A DNA stretch of 64,000 nucleotides from Candidatus Pacearchaeota archaeon (GCA_016188825.1 JACPHA010000019.1:3414-67413), one strand, 5' to 3'. Shown: positions 36,599 to 47,595, counted from the first letter of the stretch. Notes: generated from the letters alone by a model not told the origin. Numbers and translations are program-made.

Positions 36599-36738
36599 GA
36601 AAATAGCAAATTTGCTTATTATATAAAGTTTGCTTCGATAATGGCTTTGTTGCGTCTACGGGTGTTTTAGTGCATTGTAACGTTAACGGTTGGTAATAAT
36701 CAGAAACTTTATTAAAACTGAATATTTATTCAATAATT

Positions 36739-37179
36739 ATGAAATTAGCAGATTTTATAGCCAAAGCAAAGAAGAGTACCTATGCCAGTGGAGCTAAGCC
36801 TAAAATTTTAGAGGATGGTTTTGAGGAATTAAGCTACGAAGAAAGAGGTCTTCACTACAGAGATAGATGGAAAGGCACTAATCCATTTGGTGGGGAAGAA
36901 ATTGTAAAAGAAAAAGATAAAGTTATTTGGATAATGAATTATTATGGAATTGTTTTTTCTATTAAAGTTGAAAGCGAAAAGGTTTATGAATTTCTTAGGA
37001 AAGCAATGAATCTTGTTAGTAGAGAAAGACCATTTAGAGGGCCTTCACATTTTAAGGAAGGAGATTTTGAATATTTTGATAAAAGTGAAGGAACTTTGGA
37101 TAGATTTAAAGGAATAGAGAGAATATTGTATATGGATGAAGAAGTTTATAGATTAGAATATCATGGTGGGAAATTGTGA
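36739..37179 (+). CDS. DUF5680-like protein
   Basis: AK..TYA, Y.DRW.G...F.G.E, W.MNYYG, PFRGP and YHGG. Confidence 0.8.
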   Translation: MKLADFIAKAKKSTYASGAKPKILEDGFEELSYEERGLHYRDRWKGTNPFGGEEIVKEKDKVIWIMNYYGIVFSIKVESEKVYEFLRKAMNLVSRERPFRGPSHFKEGDFEYFDKSEGTLDRFKGIERILYMDEEVYRLEYHGGKL

Positions 37180-37247
37180 TATTAACTTAGAAGTAGTAAA
37201 AGAATCGAAAGATTTAAATACTAGAATATAACAATTATAATAATATA

Positions 37248-37586
37248 ATGGAGCTAAAAATGGCTATTCAAACACAGAAAAAAGCAAGAATGAGTTTAGA
37301 GGATGCAGAAGATTTTCTTAGACTTTATGATGTTAGTGTTAAGGATTTAAGAGTGTCTAATACTCTTCAAAGATTGCCTTATATAGACCAAAACGATGCA
37401 GAAGCAAGTTATCATAGAGTATGGTTTGAAGATTTAAGAAGAGAACTTCAAGAAGGTGCTGAAACAGGTATAAGGATTAGAGGAATTTATGTTACACAAG
37501 CTAAATGTGGTTCTAAAGGAGCAGATAGTGTATGGCAACCAGCAGAACCGAATTACTGGCCAATTGATTTGGAGGTAAGATTGTAA
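37248..37586 (+). CDS. hypothetical protein
   Basis: 112 aa ORF with an upstream TTTAAA box. Confidence 0.6.
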   Translation: MELKMAIQTQKKARMSLEDAEDFLRLYDVSVKDLRVSNTLQRLPYIDQNDAEASYHRVWFEDLRRELQEGAETGIRIRGIYVTQAKCGSKGADSVWQPAEPNYWPIDLEVRL

Positions 37587-37666
37587 GATGAAAAATGTAA
37601 TAACCTGTAGAGGCTTAAGAAATTATGTTGGTGAAATTGTAATTCTGACTAGGGATGATAATATCA

Positions 37667-37786
37667 AAAAGTCCTTGTGTGTGTTTGGACTTTTGGACAC
37701 CAAGAATTCTGACAATTAAATTCTTGGGTGTGCTCAAGAATTGGAAATTCTTGACATGTTCAAGGAACTTCTGTCAAGTTCCTTGA
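37667..37786. repeat. array of four hairpins
   Basis: AAAAGTCC/GGACTTTT, CCAAGAATT/AATTCTTGG, TCAAGAATT/AATTCTTGA and TCAAGGAACTT/AAGTTCCTTGA. Confidence 0.85.
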
Positions 37787-37980
37787 CATAAAGAATGAGT
37801 AAGATACTGCGAACTACCTATCTCTGATACTTCTTCTCTAAATGATATTATTTTTGGTTTGGGAAAGTCTATTTTCATTAGTATTTGCATGTTAATTAAC
37901 CTTCTTTATTTAATGGTTTATCCCAATAAAGACTTTTGCATTTTGGGCAGACAACAGGTGGTTCTTCACTTCTTGTTATC
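37787..37980 (-). pseudogene. remnants of a small zinc-ribbon gene and a probable DNA methyltransferase N-terminus
   Basis: PVVCPKCKSLYWDKP-stop, then frameshifted IISFREEVSEIGSSQYLTHS ending at the hairpin array. Confidence 0.45.
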
Positions 37981-38129
37981 CTCTTTTTTGGTTTCTTCCA
38001 TAGCAAAGGAACAAATCTCAAACTTAAAAATCTTATGACAACACCTGATAATGCAACAATGCACTTCGTTAGATTAAAAAGAAAAGCAAGATATAAAAAG
38101 ATAGTTGGTTTTTATTTTCTGGAAAAAAA

Positions 38130-39272
38130 ATGGAAAAAAGAGGGCAGTTTTTTTTGATTGCGGCATTGGTGATAGTTGGAATAGTTGTTGGGCTTAGTGT
38201 CGTTTATAATTATGCAAAGTTTCCCGAGGAAGATTCTACTGTTTATGACCTCTCTAAGGAAATAAAATTTGAAGGAGCGCAGGTCATGACAAGCGGAGTT
38301 TTGGAAAATGTGCCTCCGGAACAAATATTAGATAGGTTAAAGGTGATAATGGGATACTATGTAAATGCGAGCACAAATACAGATTTTCTCGTTATCTATG
38401 GGAATGAAACTGACTTGACAATCATATTTTATAATAATACTGACCAGGGTTTGATTTGTGTTGATTTGGGCGGCGGTTCGTGCGAGGGCAATGACCATAT
38501 AGCGGCAACGCAAGAACAACACAAATCCCGTGGAGAAACAAGTAATATTATAACTCTTACACTTCCTGACGGAGCGGTTTATACTTTTGAGTTGAAAGAA
38601 GGCCAGGTGTTTTATGCCATTCTTCAAAAGGAAAGTTTTGACGACGTTTTTGTATCCGGAACAGAGCCTTCTGAAGGTACTCCCGCCGGAGGAACTATAG
38701 GCGGAGAAGGGAATCTGTGTCCTAATGGGCACATAAGAAATGATGATGGAACGTGCGGTGTTGAGATAAATAATGTCATAGAAGATGGAGATATTGTGTC
38801 TGCTTTAACTAGTGCTAGTGGGTATGTAAGAAATAATACAAATCAAGAAATTAAGGTTGGAAATATAGTAGGAAAAACCTACAAAGGTTATATTGAATGG
38901 AACTTGAGTGATATCCCGGAAAATGTTAGCATAGAAAATATCAAAATAAGAATTTATGCTAATGGTGTGGTTGAAGGAAGCAAAATTAAAATTTATAGTT
39001 TAAAAAATGCGAGACCTTTGACCAGCCCCAATAATCAACTATTCAATGAAATGAAAGAATCTAATAAATATGGAAGTTATAGTATTAATTCCGGTAAGAA
39101 TGAAGTAGATATAACAAAAAAAGAGAGTACAGAAGATATTAATAATCTCCTCAGCTTAAATGAAAAATGGTTTGCAATTGGATTGGGTGTAGATGAGGAA
39201 AGTAATATCATTAATATAAACTCTGAAGAAAGTAACAATCCGCCAGTTTTAATATTCACTTATACATTTTAA
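38130..39272 (+). CDS. class III signal peptide protein with a C-terminal DNRLRE-like domain
   Basis: KRG/QFFLIAALVIVG leader; GYIEWNLSDIP...I..IKIRIY...S.E..NPP.L..TY. Confidence 0.78.
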   Translation: MEKRGQFFLIAALVIVGIVVGLSVVYNYAKFPEEDSTVYDLSKEIKFEGAQVMTSGVLENVPPEQILDRLKVIMGYYVNASTNTDFLVIYGNETDLTIIFYNNTDQGLICVDLGGGSCEGNDHIAATQEQHKSRGETSNIITLTLPDGAVYTFELKEGQVFYAILQKESFDDVFVSGTEPSEGTPAGGTIGGEGNLCPNGHIRNDDGTCGVEINNVIEDGDIVSALTSASGYVRNNTNQEIKVGNIVGKTYKGYIEWNLSDIPENVSIENIKIRIYANGVVEGSKIKIYSLKNARPLTSPNNQLFNEMKESNKYGSYSINSGKNEVDITKKESTEDINNLLSLNEKWFAIGLGVDEESNIININSEESNNPPVLIFTYTF

Positions 39273-39273
39273 A

Positions 39274-39753
39274 ATGCAAATAAAAATGAAAAATAAAAAA
39301 GGAGTAAGTTTAATTGTTTCTTATGTTTTGTTAGTCATTATTACAGTTTCATTGGGAGCGATTGTTTATAGTTATTTGAAAACGCAATTGCCTGGGGAGA
39401 AGGCTGAATGTCCTAGCGATATAAATCTGATTATTGAAGAGGCGAGTTGTTCTGGAAATAAACTGAATGTTACTTTTTCTAATAGGGGGTTGTTTAATGT
39501 TTCAGGGGTTTTTGTCAGACTTGATAGTGCAAACAGAACAGCAAGAAGGCAAGTTAACAACGGCAGTGAAATTTTTATAAATCCTCTTCGGCCTGGCGGA
39601 GTTATTGAGTTTAGCTACAACATTCCTTCAAGTATTTTGTCTGGTGGCTCAGCAAATTATGTTTTAGAAATTCAGGCGGCTTCTTTAGTAAAAAGAACTT
39701 TGGTTCCATGTAAAGGAACAGTGATAACACAACCATTAGAGTGCAACGTTTAG
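39274..39753 (+). CDS. archaeal type IV pilin-like protein
   Basis: KKG/VSLIVSYVLLVIITV leader; paired Cys; N.G...V.G motif. Confidence 0.85.
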   Translation: MQIKMKNKKGVSLIVSYVLLVIITVSLGAIVYSYLKTQLPGEKAECPSDINLIIEEASCSGNKLNVTFSNRGLFNVSGVFVRLDSANRTARRQVNNGSEIFINPLRPGGVIEFSYNIPSSILSGGSANYVLEIQAASLVKRTLVPCKGTVITQPLECNV

Positions 39754-39801
39754 CCGCCTCCCACGTCGCCCGCTTTCTCGATAATAGAATCTAATAGTAA
39801 T

Positions 39802-40233
39802 GTGTTTGTCTCGGGCATGAAAAATCATCCTTTGATTTTTAAAACCAGTGGAAATAGTTATAATATTATTAGTTATATAGATGCCAAACGTGTTAATGTT
39901 AGTGGTAATGCGAGCGCAGAACAGACTGACAACATTTTCTTTGTTAGACATTATGGTAAAGTAATTGGAGATTATATCTATTTCGACGAAGCTAGTGAGA
40001 TATTGGGATACAACTACACAAATGTTCCGATAAATGGTTCTGTTTATTTTGGTTCTAATCCCGACGAGACAAAGGACATTTTTGAATTTACTACATCTAG
40101 AAATAGATATTCGATTGTTGGGTTTAGTGGGGGTACTACAAAGTTCGTTAATCTGAAAAATAATGCAACTGGTGAGGCTCCCTTTGATGAATTCACGATT
40201 GAAAGAAATGGGACACTGAAAAGCGTAACATAG
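39802..40233 (+). CDS. hypothetical beta-rich protein or fragment
   Basis: 143 aa ORF with an uncertain start. Confidence 0.45.
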   Translation: MFVSGMKNHPLIFKTSGNSYNIISYIDAKRVNVSGNASAEQTDNIFFVRHYGKVIGDYIYFDEASEILGYNYTNVPINGSVYFGSNPDETKDIFEFTTSRNRYSIVGFSGGTTKFVNLKNNATGEAPFDEFTIERNGTLKSVT

Positions 40234-40451
40234 AATCTGTAATTGTAAAACAGGATTCTGTTAAGCTAACGGGTGATAAAATAGAAATTTATCGTTAATA
40301 ATCATATAATTATCTCAACAAGTCCAAAATATTAATTTATTATGAGACTTTATCTTTACAAATTTAAGTCATTTGAAATGTTGATAGCCTTTTCAGTTAA
40401 ACAAAATCCAAAACAGCAATATATAAATAACTCCTCTTGGTTTGAAAAAAT

Positions 40452-41603
40452 ATGAAATTTGCGCACATGGGTGATTGCCATTTGGGGGGATGGAGAGTTC
40501 CGGAATTGAGAGAACTTAATTTTAAACACTTTAAAGAGGCGGTTAATAGATGCATAAAAGAGAAGGTTGATTTTATTTTAATTTCTGGGGACTTGTTTGA
40601 TTCTGCTTATCCACCGATAGAAATTTTAAAAAAGACATTTGAAGAATTTAGGAAAATAAAAGAGGCGAACATTCCGGTTTTTTTGATAGCTGGGAGTCAT
40701 GATTATTCTGTTTCTGGAAAAACATTTTTGGATGTGCTAGAGAAAGCGGGCTTTTGCAAGAATGTTGGAATTTACGAAGAAAAAGAAGGCAAAATAATTT
40801 TAGAGCCTGTGATTTATAAAAATGTCATTATTTATGGGTATCCTGGCAAAAAATCGGGGCTTGAAGTAGAAGAAATTGAAAAAATTAAAATTCAACAATC
40901 GCCGTTGTTTAAGATTTTGATGCTGCACACAGCAATTAGAGATGCTGTTCAGAATCCCGCAATAAACGCCGTTGATGAAAAATATCTGCCTAAGGTAGAT
41001 TATCTTGCCCTTTCGCATTTGCATATTAATTATAACAGAGAGGGGAGAGTTTATTCTGGTCCGATATTCCCAAATAATATATCAGAATTGGATGAATTAA
41101 AAGAAGGTTCTTTTTATATTTTCGATAATGGAAAAATAAGAAGAGAGAGAATTTCTTTAAAGGAAGTGATTTCAATTCATTTGGAAACAAATAACTCATT
41201 GACTGCGACCGAGAATATTCTTGAAATGTTAAGTAAAGAAAATGTTAAAGATAAAATTGTGATAATTAAAGTTTCTGGAGTTATGGAAAAAGGCAAAGTT
41301 TCTGATATTGATTTTTACAAAATTGAAAATTATTTGAAAGAGCTTGGAGCTTTTGCTTTTTTAAAAAGCACTTCGAAACTTCATGTTGTTGAACCTGAAA
41401 TTAAGATTGATATCGTTGATTCTGAAAATTTTGAAAATGAAATAATAAAGAAATTTGAGCAGAATGGCAAGAGCAGATTTAGTTGTTTGGTTCCGGATCT
41501 TATGGGGGTTTTAAAAATTGAAAAACTCGAAGATGAAACTTTGTCAAGTTTTGAAGATAGACTGATGTCTGAGATAAACATTATGTTTAAAAATGAGATT
41601 TAA
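40452..41603 (+). CDS. mre11: Mre11/SbcD nuclease
   Basis: H.GDCHLG, SGDLFD, GSHD and ALSHLH motifs. Confidence 0.92.
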   Translation: MKFAHMGDCHLGGWRVPELRELNFKHFKEAVNRCIKEKVDFILISGDLFDSAYPPIEILKKTFEEFRKIKEANIPVFLIAGSHDYSVSGKTFLDVLEKAGFCKNVGIYEEKEGKIILEPVIYKNVIIYGYPGKKSGLEVEEIEKIKIQQSPLFKILMLHTAIRDAVQNPAINAVDEKYLPKVDYLALSHLHINYNREGRVYSGPIFPNNISELDELKEGSFYIFDNGKIRRERISLKEVISIHLETNNSLTATENILEMLSKENVKDKIVIIKVSGVMEKGKVSDIDFYKIENYLKELGAFAFLKSTSKLHVVEPEIKIDIVDSENFENEIIKKFEQNGKSRFSCLVPDLMGVLKIEKLEDETLSSFEDRLMSEINIMFKNEI

Positions 41604-43650
41604 AAAAATAAAAATAAGAAATATAAGGTCGTATAAACAACAAGAAATAGAATTTCCCAGAGGGTCCCTGCTGCTTTCTGGTGATGTTGGGGTTGGAAAA
41701 ACTTCTATATTGCTTGCGATTGAATATGCTTTTTTTGGCCTGCAACCTGGTCAAAAAGGAAATTCCTTATTGCGGAATAATAAAGATGTTGGTGAGGTCT
41801 CTCTTGAAATGGAAATCGGCGGCAAAAGAGTAATTATAGACAGAAAATTAAAAAGGACAAATAAGGGAGTGAGCAATGAATACGCTGCCTTGACAGTCGA
41901 CAATGAAAGGTTTGAATCTTCTGTAACCGAAATAAAATCAAAAATTGTGGACCTGCTTGGATATCCGCGGGAGTTTGTTAAAAAAAATAATTTATTATAT
42001 GGGTACACTGTTTACAGCCCGCAAGAAAAAATGAAAGAAATTATTTTAGAAGATTCTGAAACAAGGTTGAATATCTTAAGGCACATTTTTGGAGTTGACA
42101 AGTATAAAAGGATAAAAGGAAATTTGGATATATTTATGAATAATCTGAGAAGTGACAATAAAATATTACAGGGTGAAATAAAAACACTTGAGCAAGATAA
42201 AGAATATTTAAAACGAAAAAAAACAAGTTTGACTGAAATAGAAAAAAGAACAAAAGAAATTGAATTAAATCTTATAGAAAAAATCGAGGCAAAGGAAAAG
42301 AAAGAAAATGAGCTTGCGCAGTTTAAGGATAAAAACATGGAAAGAACTGCTCTTGAAAAGGAAATGGAAAAAAATAAAGTTATGATATTAAACAAAAGAG
42401 AACTTCTTTCTTCTCTGATTAGCGAATCTGCAGAGATAAGAAGGGCTATCAGCGAGGTGAAAGATGGTTTTAGCGAAAGTAATTATAATTCCATTATAAA
42501 TGAAGCGAACAATAAAAAAAATGAGCTTGAACTGCTAAACTCTCTTTTTTTTGAAGCGACAAGCAGGATTAATTATTTGGCAGAAGAAGAAGGGAATTTT
42601 TTGAAAAAAAAGGAAAGAATATTTAAGATTGATATCTGCCCGACCTGCCTGCAGGATGTTCCAGAGGCACATAAGCATAATATTCTGAATGAAACAGAGA
42701 ATAAAATCCAAGAAATAAAAAATACTTTGGAAAAATTTAAAATTCAAAAAGAGAAAATTCTCGGGGGCATTAAAAATATCAGGCTTGCTATTGATAATCT
42801 TGAGGAGGAAAAAATTAAACTTGAGATATTGAAGACAAGATTGGAATATGCTGAAAAATCTCGAGATAAACTGAAAGAATTAGAAAAAAATAGAGAAAAT
42901 ATAGAAAAAGATATTGTTCTGCTTGCTGCTCATTCTGTGGGGATAAAAGAAAAATTGCTTGAATTCAGTCAATTTGACAGTTTATATAAGAAAAAAGAAA
43001 TTGAATTGAAACAGGCGGTTCAGGAAGAAAAAAGAGAGGAGATTGCTTTGGCGGAGCTAAAAAAAGAATTGGAGCTGATAAAAAAAGAAATAATTTTTCT
43101 TGAAGATGGGATAAAAAATAAAGAGGAAAGGAAGAAAAAACTTGAAGAAAGAAGGGAGCTGATTGATTGGCTTTCCTCAGAATTTTTGAGCATTGTCGAT
43201 ATAATTGAAAGAAATGTTCTGCTGAAGTTAAGAGCCGAGTTTTCTAATTTATTCAGAAAATGGTTTCAGATGCTGGTTCCGGAAAATTCTTTGGAATCTC
43301 AAATTGATGATAATTTTACACCTATTATAATGCAGGGAGAAGCTGAGATAGATTATGAGTTTTTGTCTGGCGGAGAAAGAACTGCTGTTGCATTGGCTTA
43401 TCGTTTAGCTTTGAATCAACTGATTAATTCTTTATTGAGTAAGATAGAAACAAAGGGAGTTATTATATTGGATGAGCCGACCGATGGTTTTTCAGAGATA
43501 CAGATAAACAAAATGCGGGAGATTTTTGCTGAAATCAAAGCAGAGCAGTTGATAATTGTAAGCCATGAGCAGAAAATTGAGGGTTTTGTCGATAATGTTT
43601 TGAAAGTTGCGAAAGAAAACGGGCAGAGTTTTATTGAAAACGTTAGTTAA
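41593..43650 (+). CDS. rad50: Rad50/SbcC ATPase
   Basis: Walker A GDVGVGKTS, CPTC hook, LSGGE, LDEPT and VSH. Confidence 0.93.
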   Translation: MRFKKIKIRNIRSYKQQEIEFPRGSLLLSGDVGVGKTSILLAIEYAFFGLQPGQKGNSLLRNNKDVGEVSLEMEIGGKRVIIDRKLKRTNKGVSNEYAALTVDNERFESSVTEIKSKIVDLLGYPREFVKKNNLLYGYTVYSPQEKMKEIILEDSETRLNILRHIFGVDKYKRIKGNLDIFMNNLRSDNKILQGEIKTLEQDKEYLKRKKTSLTEIEKRTKEIELNLIEKIEAKEKKENELAQFKDKNMERTALEKEMEKNKVMILNKRELLSSLISESAEIRRAISEVKDGFSESNYNSIINEANNKKNELELLNSLFFEATSRINYLAEEEGNFLKKKERIFKIDICPTCLQDVPEAHKHNILNETENKIQEIKNTLEKFKIQKEKILGGIKNIRLAIDNLEEEKIKLEILKTRLEYAEKSRDKLKELEKNRENIEKDIVLLAAHSVGIKEKLLEFSQFDSLYKKKEIELKQAVQEEKREEIALAELKKELELIKKEIIFLEDGIKNKEERKKKLEERRELIDWLSSEFLSIVDIIERNVLLKLRAEFSNLFRKWFQMLVPENSLESQIDDNFTPIIMQGEAEIDYEFLSGGERTAVALAYRLALNQLINSLLSKIETKGVIILDEPTDGFSEIQINKMREIFAEIKAEQLIIVSHEQKIEGFVDNVLKVAKENGQSFIENVS

Positions 43651-44027
43651 ATAGAACAATTCAACTTTCCTGTTTTATAATCTGTCACTTCCTCAAATCT
43701 TCTTCCGTCGGTTTTAACCATGTGACCTGTCTTACTGTTAATAGTATATAAATGATTCTTGTCTCCTGCTAAAGTAAAAAACGGACAATATCCTCTACTA
43801 ATTAGATCGTTTTTTTCCTTGGTTGCATCGGGAGTAAAAAAAACTCCTCCTCTATTTGATATGATTTCTTCTCTGGCAACCAGCCCCTTTGCGTTGGCTG
43901 AAGATTCAGATAATAGCCTTACTCCCTCTATATATGGCCTAGAAGGTGAATGGTGCATGGTTCTTTTTGTCTGTTCTCTTTCCCCTAGATTAAATGCTAC
44001 TTCTATTGCTTCTGAAATTTCTGACAT
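43647..44027 (-). CDS. hypothetical protein
   Basis: 126 aa ORF convergent with rad50. Confidence 0.55.
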   Translation of the reverse strand: MSEISEAIEVAFNLGEREQTKRTMHHSPSRPYIEGVRLLSESSANAKGLVAREEIISNRGGVFFTPDATKEKNDLISRGYCPFFTLAGDKNHLYTINSKTGHMVKTDGRRFEEVTDYKTGKLNCSI

Positions 44028-44421
44028 TCTGCTATTATCGGTGTTGGTTAAGTTTATTTTGTTTTTAAATATTTCTATTTTTTAACTTCATTAATTTTAA
44101 TGGCTAATTGGGAAGTAAACAGAATAACACATCCAAAAATATGTTTAAAAAAATATCTGAAATTTGTTGAAGAACAATTCAGTAAAGGAATTGGCTAATT
44201 CTAATAATATGATTTTTATTGAAAGTTATTAGTTTGGATAATGAAATTTTACATGTTTTTTATATTTTAGAGATCATATTACAAATTTCTTTGCTAATTT
44301 TTGCTAAAAATGGAAGTTAAATTTACACTTCATAGTGCAGATTAATCTTCTCTATGCGGGAAAAAACCGCAAGGCTTAAATACCTCAAATGTATTGAAAA
44401 AATAAGGTGTGTTCTTACACT

Positions 44422-45090
44422 ATGAACGAAGAAATTTCTAAAAACATATTAAAATCGGGTACGAGCATAGTGGGAATTGTTTGCAAAGACGGAGTTGTGA
44501 TGGGCGCAGACAGGAGGTCAACTGCCGGCGGTGGAGGAACATCTATTGTGATGGCAAAAAATAAAACAAAAATAAGAAAGGTTAATGATTATATTGTTGC
44601 CGCTTATACCGGCGGAGTATCTGATTTAGAACTTGCGCATAAAATTCTATCAGCAGAGCTGAGAATAAAAGAATTGAGAACAAAAAGCAGAGCAAGTGTT
44701 GAAGAGGCCGCAAATCTTTTGGCTATGTCAACTTACAGAAGCATAAGAATGCCTAGCATGGTGCCGAGCATTGTTGGAACATTGATAGCCGGAGTGGATG
44801 AGGACGGAAAAGCCTCAATTCACACGATTGAGCCTGCCGGAGCGGCATCAGAAGTTGAAGATTACGACGCTAACTTTTCTTCGGGGATGCCTTACATCCT
44901 TGGTTTGCTTGAAAGACAATACAGAAAAGATATAACAGTAAAAGAAGCAATTGAATTGGCAAAGGAATGTATAAAAGCTGCGATTGAAAGAGACCCTGGC
45001 TCTGGAAATGGCATTGATGTTTTTGCGATAACTAAAGAAGGCGTAAAACATGCTGTTTCTGAGAAAATAATACCTCAATATACTAAATAA
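44422..45090 (+). CDS. psmB: proteasome beta subunit
   Basis: Propeptide SG/TSIVG, GVVMGADRRST and ERD..SGNGID. Confidence 0.95.
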   Translation: MNEEISKNILKSGTSIVGIVCKDGVVMGADRRSTAGGGGTSIVMAKNKTKIRKVNDYIVAAYTGGVSDLELAHKILSAELRIKELRTKSRASVEEAANLLAMSTYRSIRMPSMVPSIVGTLIAGVDEDGKASIHTIEPAGAASEVEDYDANFSSGMPYILGLLERQYRKDITVKEAIELAKECIKAAIERDPGSGNGIDVFAITKEGVKHAVSEKIIPQYTK

Positions 45091-45125
45091 AAATCATGCT
45101 GATTTAATTTTATCAATTTTAGAAA

Positions 45126-47018
45126 ATGGGAGACATCTTAAAGATAATTAAAGACGAACTGCCAAGTGCTATAACAGATGCTAATTTTGAAGGGGCAAAT
45201 ATAGTTCTTTATACCGACGACAAAGATTTTTTCAAAGGAGGAGAGGATAAAATAAAAGGGGTTGTAAATAAGATAAAGAAAAGAATTGAGCTTAGGGCTG
45301 ATCAAAAAATTTTGGCTTCCGAAGAAGAAACTGAAAAAACAATAAGGGCTTTGGTTGGGGAGGAAGCAGAAATAACAAATATAATATTTGACGTTCAGAG
45401 AAGCTTTGTTATAATTGAAGCTAAGAAGCCTGGACTTGTTATAGGAAAGCAGGGAGCGATTTTGAATGATATAAAGAAATCAACTTTTTGGCTGCCGACA
45501 GTGCAAAGAAGTCCTGCAATACCTTCTAAAATAACGGAAAAAATCAGATCTGTTTTGTATGCAAACAATAATTATAGAAAAAAATTTCTACATGAGGTCG
45601 GAAAGAAAATATACAAGGACTGGGATCCTGAAAAAAAAGACATGTGGGTGAGAATGACTTTTCTCGGAAGCGGAAGCCAGGTAGGAAGATCATGTTTATT
45701 ATTGCACACTCCAAATTCTAAAATTTTGCTTGATTGCGGCATAAATCCTGCAATAGCAGAAGGACAGGAAAGATTTCCTTATTTAGATATTTCTGAAATT
45801 GGAGACATTAATACAATTGATGCGCTTGTTTTGTCTCATGCGCACCTGGACCATTCTGCTTTAGTGCCTTACTTGTATAAAATGGGATACGGGGGGCCAA
45901 CATATTTAACAGCGCCCACGAGAGACATTGCTGCTTTGTTGCAGCTTGATTTGATTGGAATTGCATACAAAAAAGCAGAATTTCCGTTGTATAAAGCAGA
46001 AGCCATAAAAGAAATGGTAAGACATTCTGTATGTTTGGAATATAATGAAGTTACAGACATAACTCCGGATATCAGAATAACTTTTTACAATGCAGGACAT
46101 GTTCTTGGCTCTGCGCAAGTGCATATTAACATCGGAAATGGCTTGCATAACTTTGTTTATTCTGCAGACACGAAATATGCCAAGACAAGATTGTTGGATC
46201 CTGCTGTTAATCGCTTTCCAAGGGTTGAGTCGTTGCAATTAGAGTCTACTTATGGAGGCAAGCAAGATGTTTTGCCGCCGAGAAACGAAACAGAAGAAGC
46301 TTTTATAAAAATGGTTAAAGAAACAATTGAGAAAAAAGGAAAGATTTTGCTGCCGGAGCTTGGTTTGGGACATGCGCAGGAAACAGTGTTGAGAGTTGAA
46401 GAGGCTATACGAACAGGAGAATTGCCGAAAATTCCGGTTTATATCGACGGAATGATATGGGATATTAATGCAATTCATACAGCTTATCCTGACTTTTTAA
46501 GCTCAAGAGTCAGAAGCCAAATATTTCAAGATAATAATCCTTTTATGTCTGATATTTTCAAGAGAATTAGAAGCCCTATTGAAAGAAAAGAAGTTATTGA
46601 AGGAGGGCCTTGCATAATAATTGCAACTTCTGGAATGCTGGTTGGAGGAGCATCCGTGGAATATTTTGTTAATTTGGCTGAAAACCCTAATAATTTAATT
46701 GCTTTTGGCTGTTATCAGGCTGTTGGCTCTTTAGGGAGGCACATAAAAGACGGTGCAAAAGAAGTTTCAATGGGTGGAGATTATGGGGGAGAAAAAATAA
46801 GAGTTAATATGAGAGTTGAAAGTTTATATGGGCTGTCAGCACATTCTGGAAGGAATGAACTATTGCAGTATATAAACAGGATGAATCCGAGGCCGAAAAA
46901 AATATTAATAAACCATGGTGAGCTTGTAAAGAGCATTGACTTGGCTTCTACAATTTACAGGTCTAACAAAATAGAAACAATAGTACCAAAGAATTTGGAG
47001 ACGATTAGGCTGAAGTGA
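45126..47018 (+). CDS. fttA: aCPSF1 / FttA beta-CASP ribonuclease with KH domains
   Basis: FEGANIV, KKPGLVIGK.G, SHAHLDH, AGHVLGSA, ATSGML.GG and HGE. Confidence 0.93.
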   Translation: MGDILKIIKDELPSAITDANFEGANIVLYTDDKDFFKGGEDKIKGVVNKIKKRIELRADQKILASEEETEKTIRALVGEEAEITNIIFDVQRSFVIIEAKKPGLVIGKQGAILNDIKKSTFWLPTVQRSPAIPSKITEKIRSVLYANNNYRKKFLHEVGKKIYKDWDPEKKDMWVRMTFLGSGSQVGRSCLLLHTPNSKILLDCGINPAIAEGQERFPYLDISEIGDINTIDALVLSHAHLDHSALVPYLYKMGYGGPTYLTAPTRDIAALLQLDLIGIAYKKAEFPLYKAEAIKEMVRHSVCLEYNEVTDITPDIRITFYNAGHVLGSAQVHINIGNGLHNFVYSADTKYAKTRLLDPAVNRFPRVESLQLESTYGGKQDVLPPRNETEEAFIKMVKETIEKKGKILLPELGLGHAQETVLRVEEAIRTGELPKIPVYIDGMIWDINAIHTAYPDFLSSRVRSQIFQDNNPFMSDIFKRIRSPIERKEVIEGGPCIIIATSGMLVGGASVEYFVNLAENPNNLIAFGCYQAVGSLGRHIKDGAKEVSMGGDYGGEKIRVNMRVESLYGLSAHSGRNELLQYINRMNPRPKKILINHGELVKSIDLASTIYRSNKIETIVPKNLETIRLK

Positions 47019-47023
47019 AATAA

Positions 47024-47542
47024 TTATTCTCTATTCCTTAAAGCTTGCTCATAAGCAGAGTAAGTAGTTACAACCCCCATTGCAAAACCTCTTGCAATCA
47101 TTTTATTGGGAACTTGATGCAGCACATATGTTTTTACATATTCTCCAAATTCTAGATTTACTCTTTTAATTTGTGCTATTTTTGCCATAATAATATCACT
47201 TACTTCCATTTCTATAAAACTATCTCTGTCTTTACTTGTTGCTTGTATATCTAATTCATTTATATCTGGCGATTGCTGTTTGTCCATTTTTAATTGTGTT
47301 TCGATCATTCTAAAAGTAAGGTGCGCTCCGCTTAGGTATCCTCCGCGAATTAATTCTCCATCCTCGCCTTCTATTATTTTAAGATCTTCAATTCCGCTGT
47401 TGATATAGTCTCCTAAAAAAGGTTTTTCTTGACCTATTCTTCTCTCTATACTTAATTGAAATTCAACCAATTTTCCTTTGCTATGTAATTTTAAAGTTTC
47501 CTCTAAAGTAGAATCTATTGCTTCTCTGGATATTTTTATCAT
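47024..47542 (-). CDS. hypothetical protein
   Basis: 172 aa ORF; no motif recognised. Confidence 0.6.
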   Translation of the reverse strand: MIKISREAIDSTLEETLKLHSKGKLVEFQLSIERRIGQEKPFLGDYINSGIEDLKIIEGEDGELIRGGYLSGAHLTFRMIETQLKMDKQQSPDINELDIQATSKDRDSFIEMEVSDIIMAKIAQIKRVNLEFGEYVKTYVLHQVPNKMIARGFAMGVVTTYSAYEQALRNRE

Positions 47543-47595
47543 TTTATCTGTTCAGAATAATTATTTTTAAATGTTTCTAAGCGAGTTTTCAAAAA

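Noticed and set aside
44080-44400. Weak 5-7 bp hairpins as further cassette copies
   Set aside because: The stems are too short and AT-rich to separate from chance by eye.
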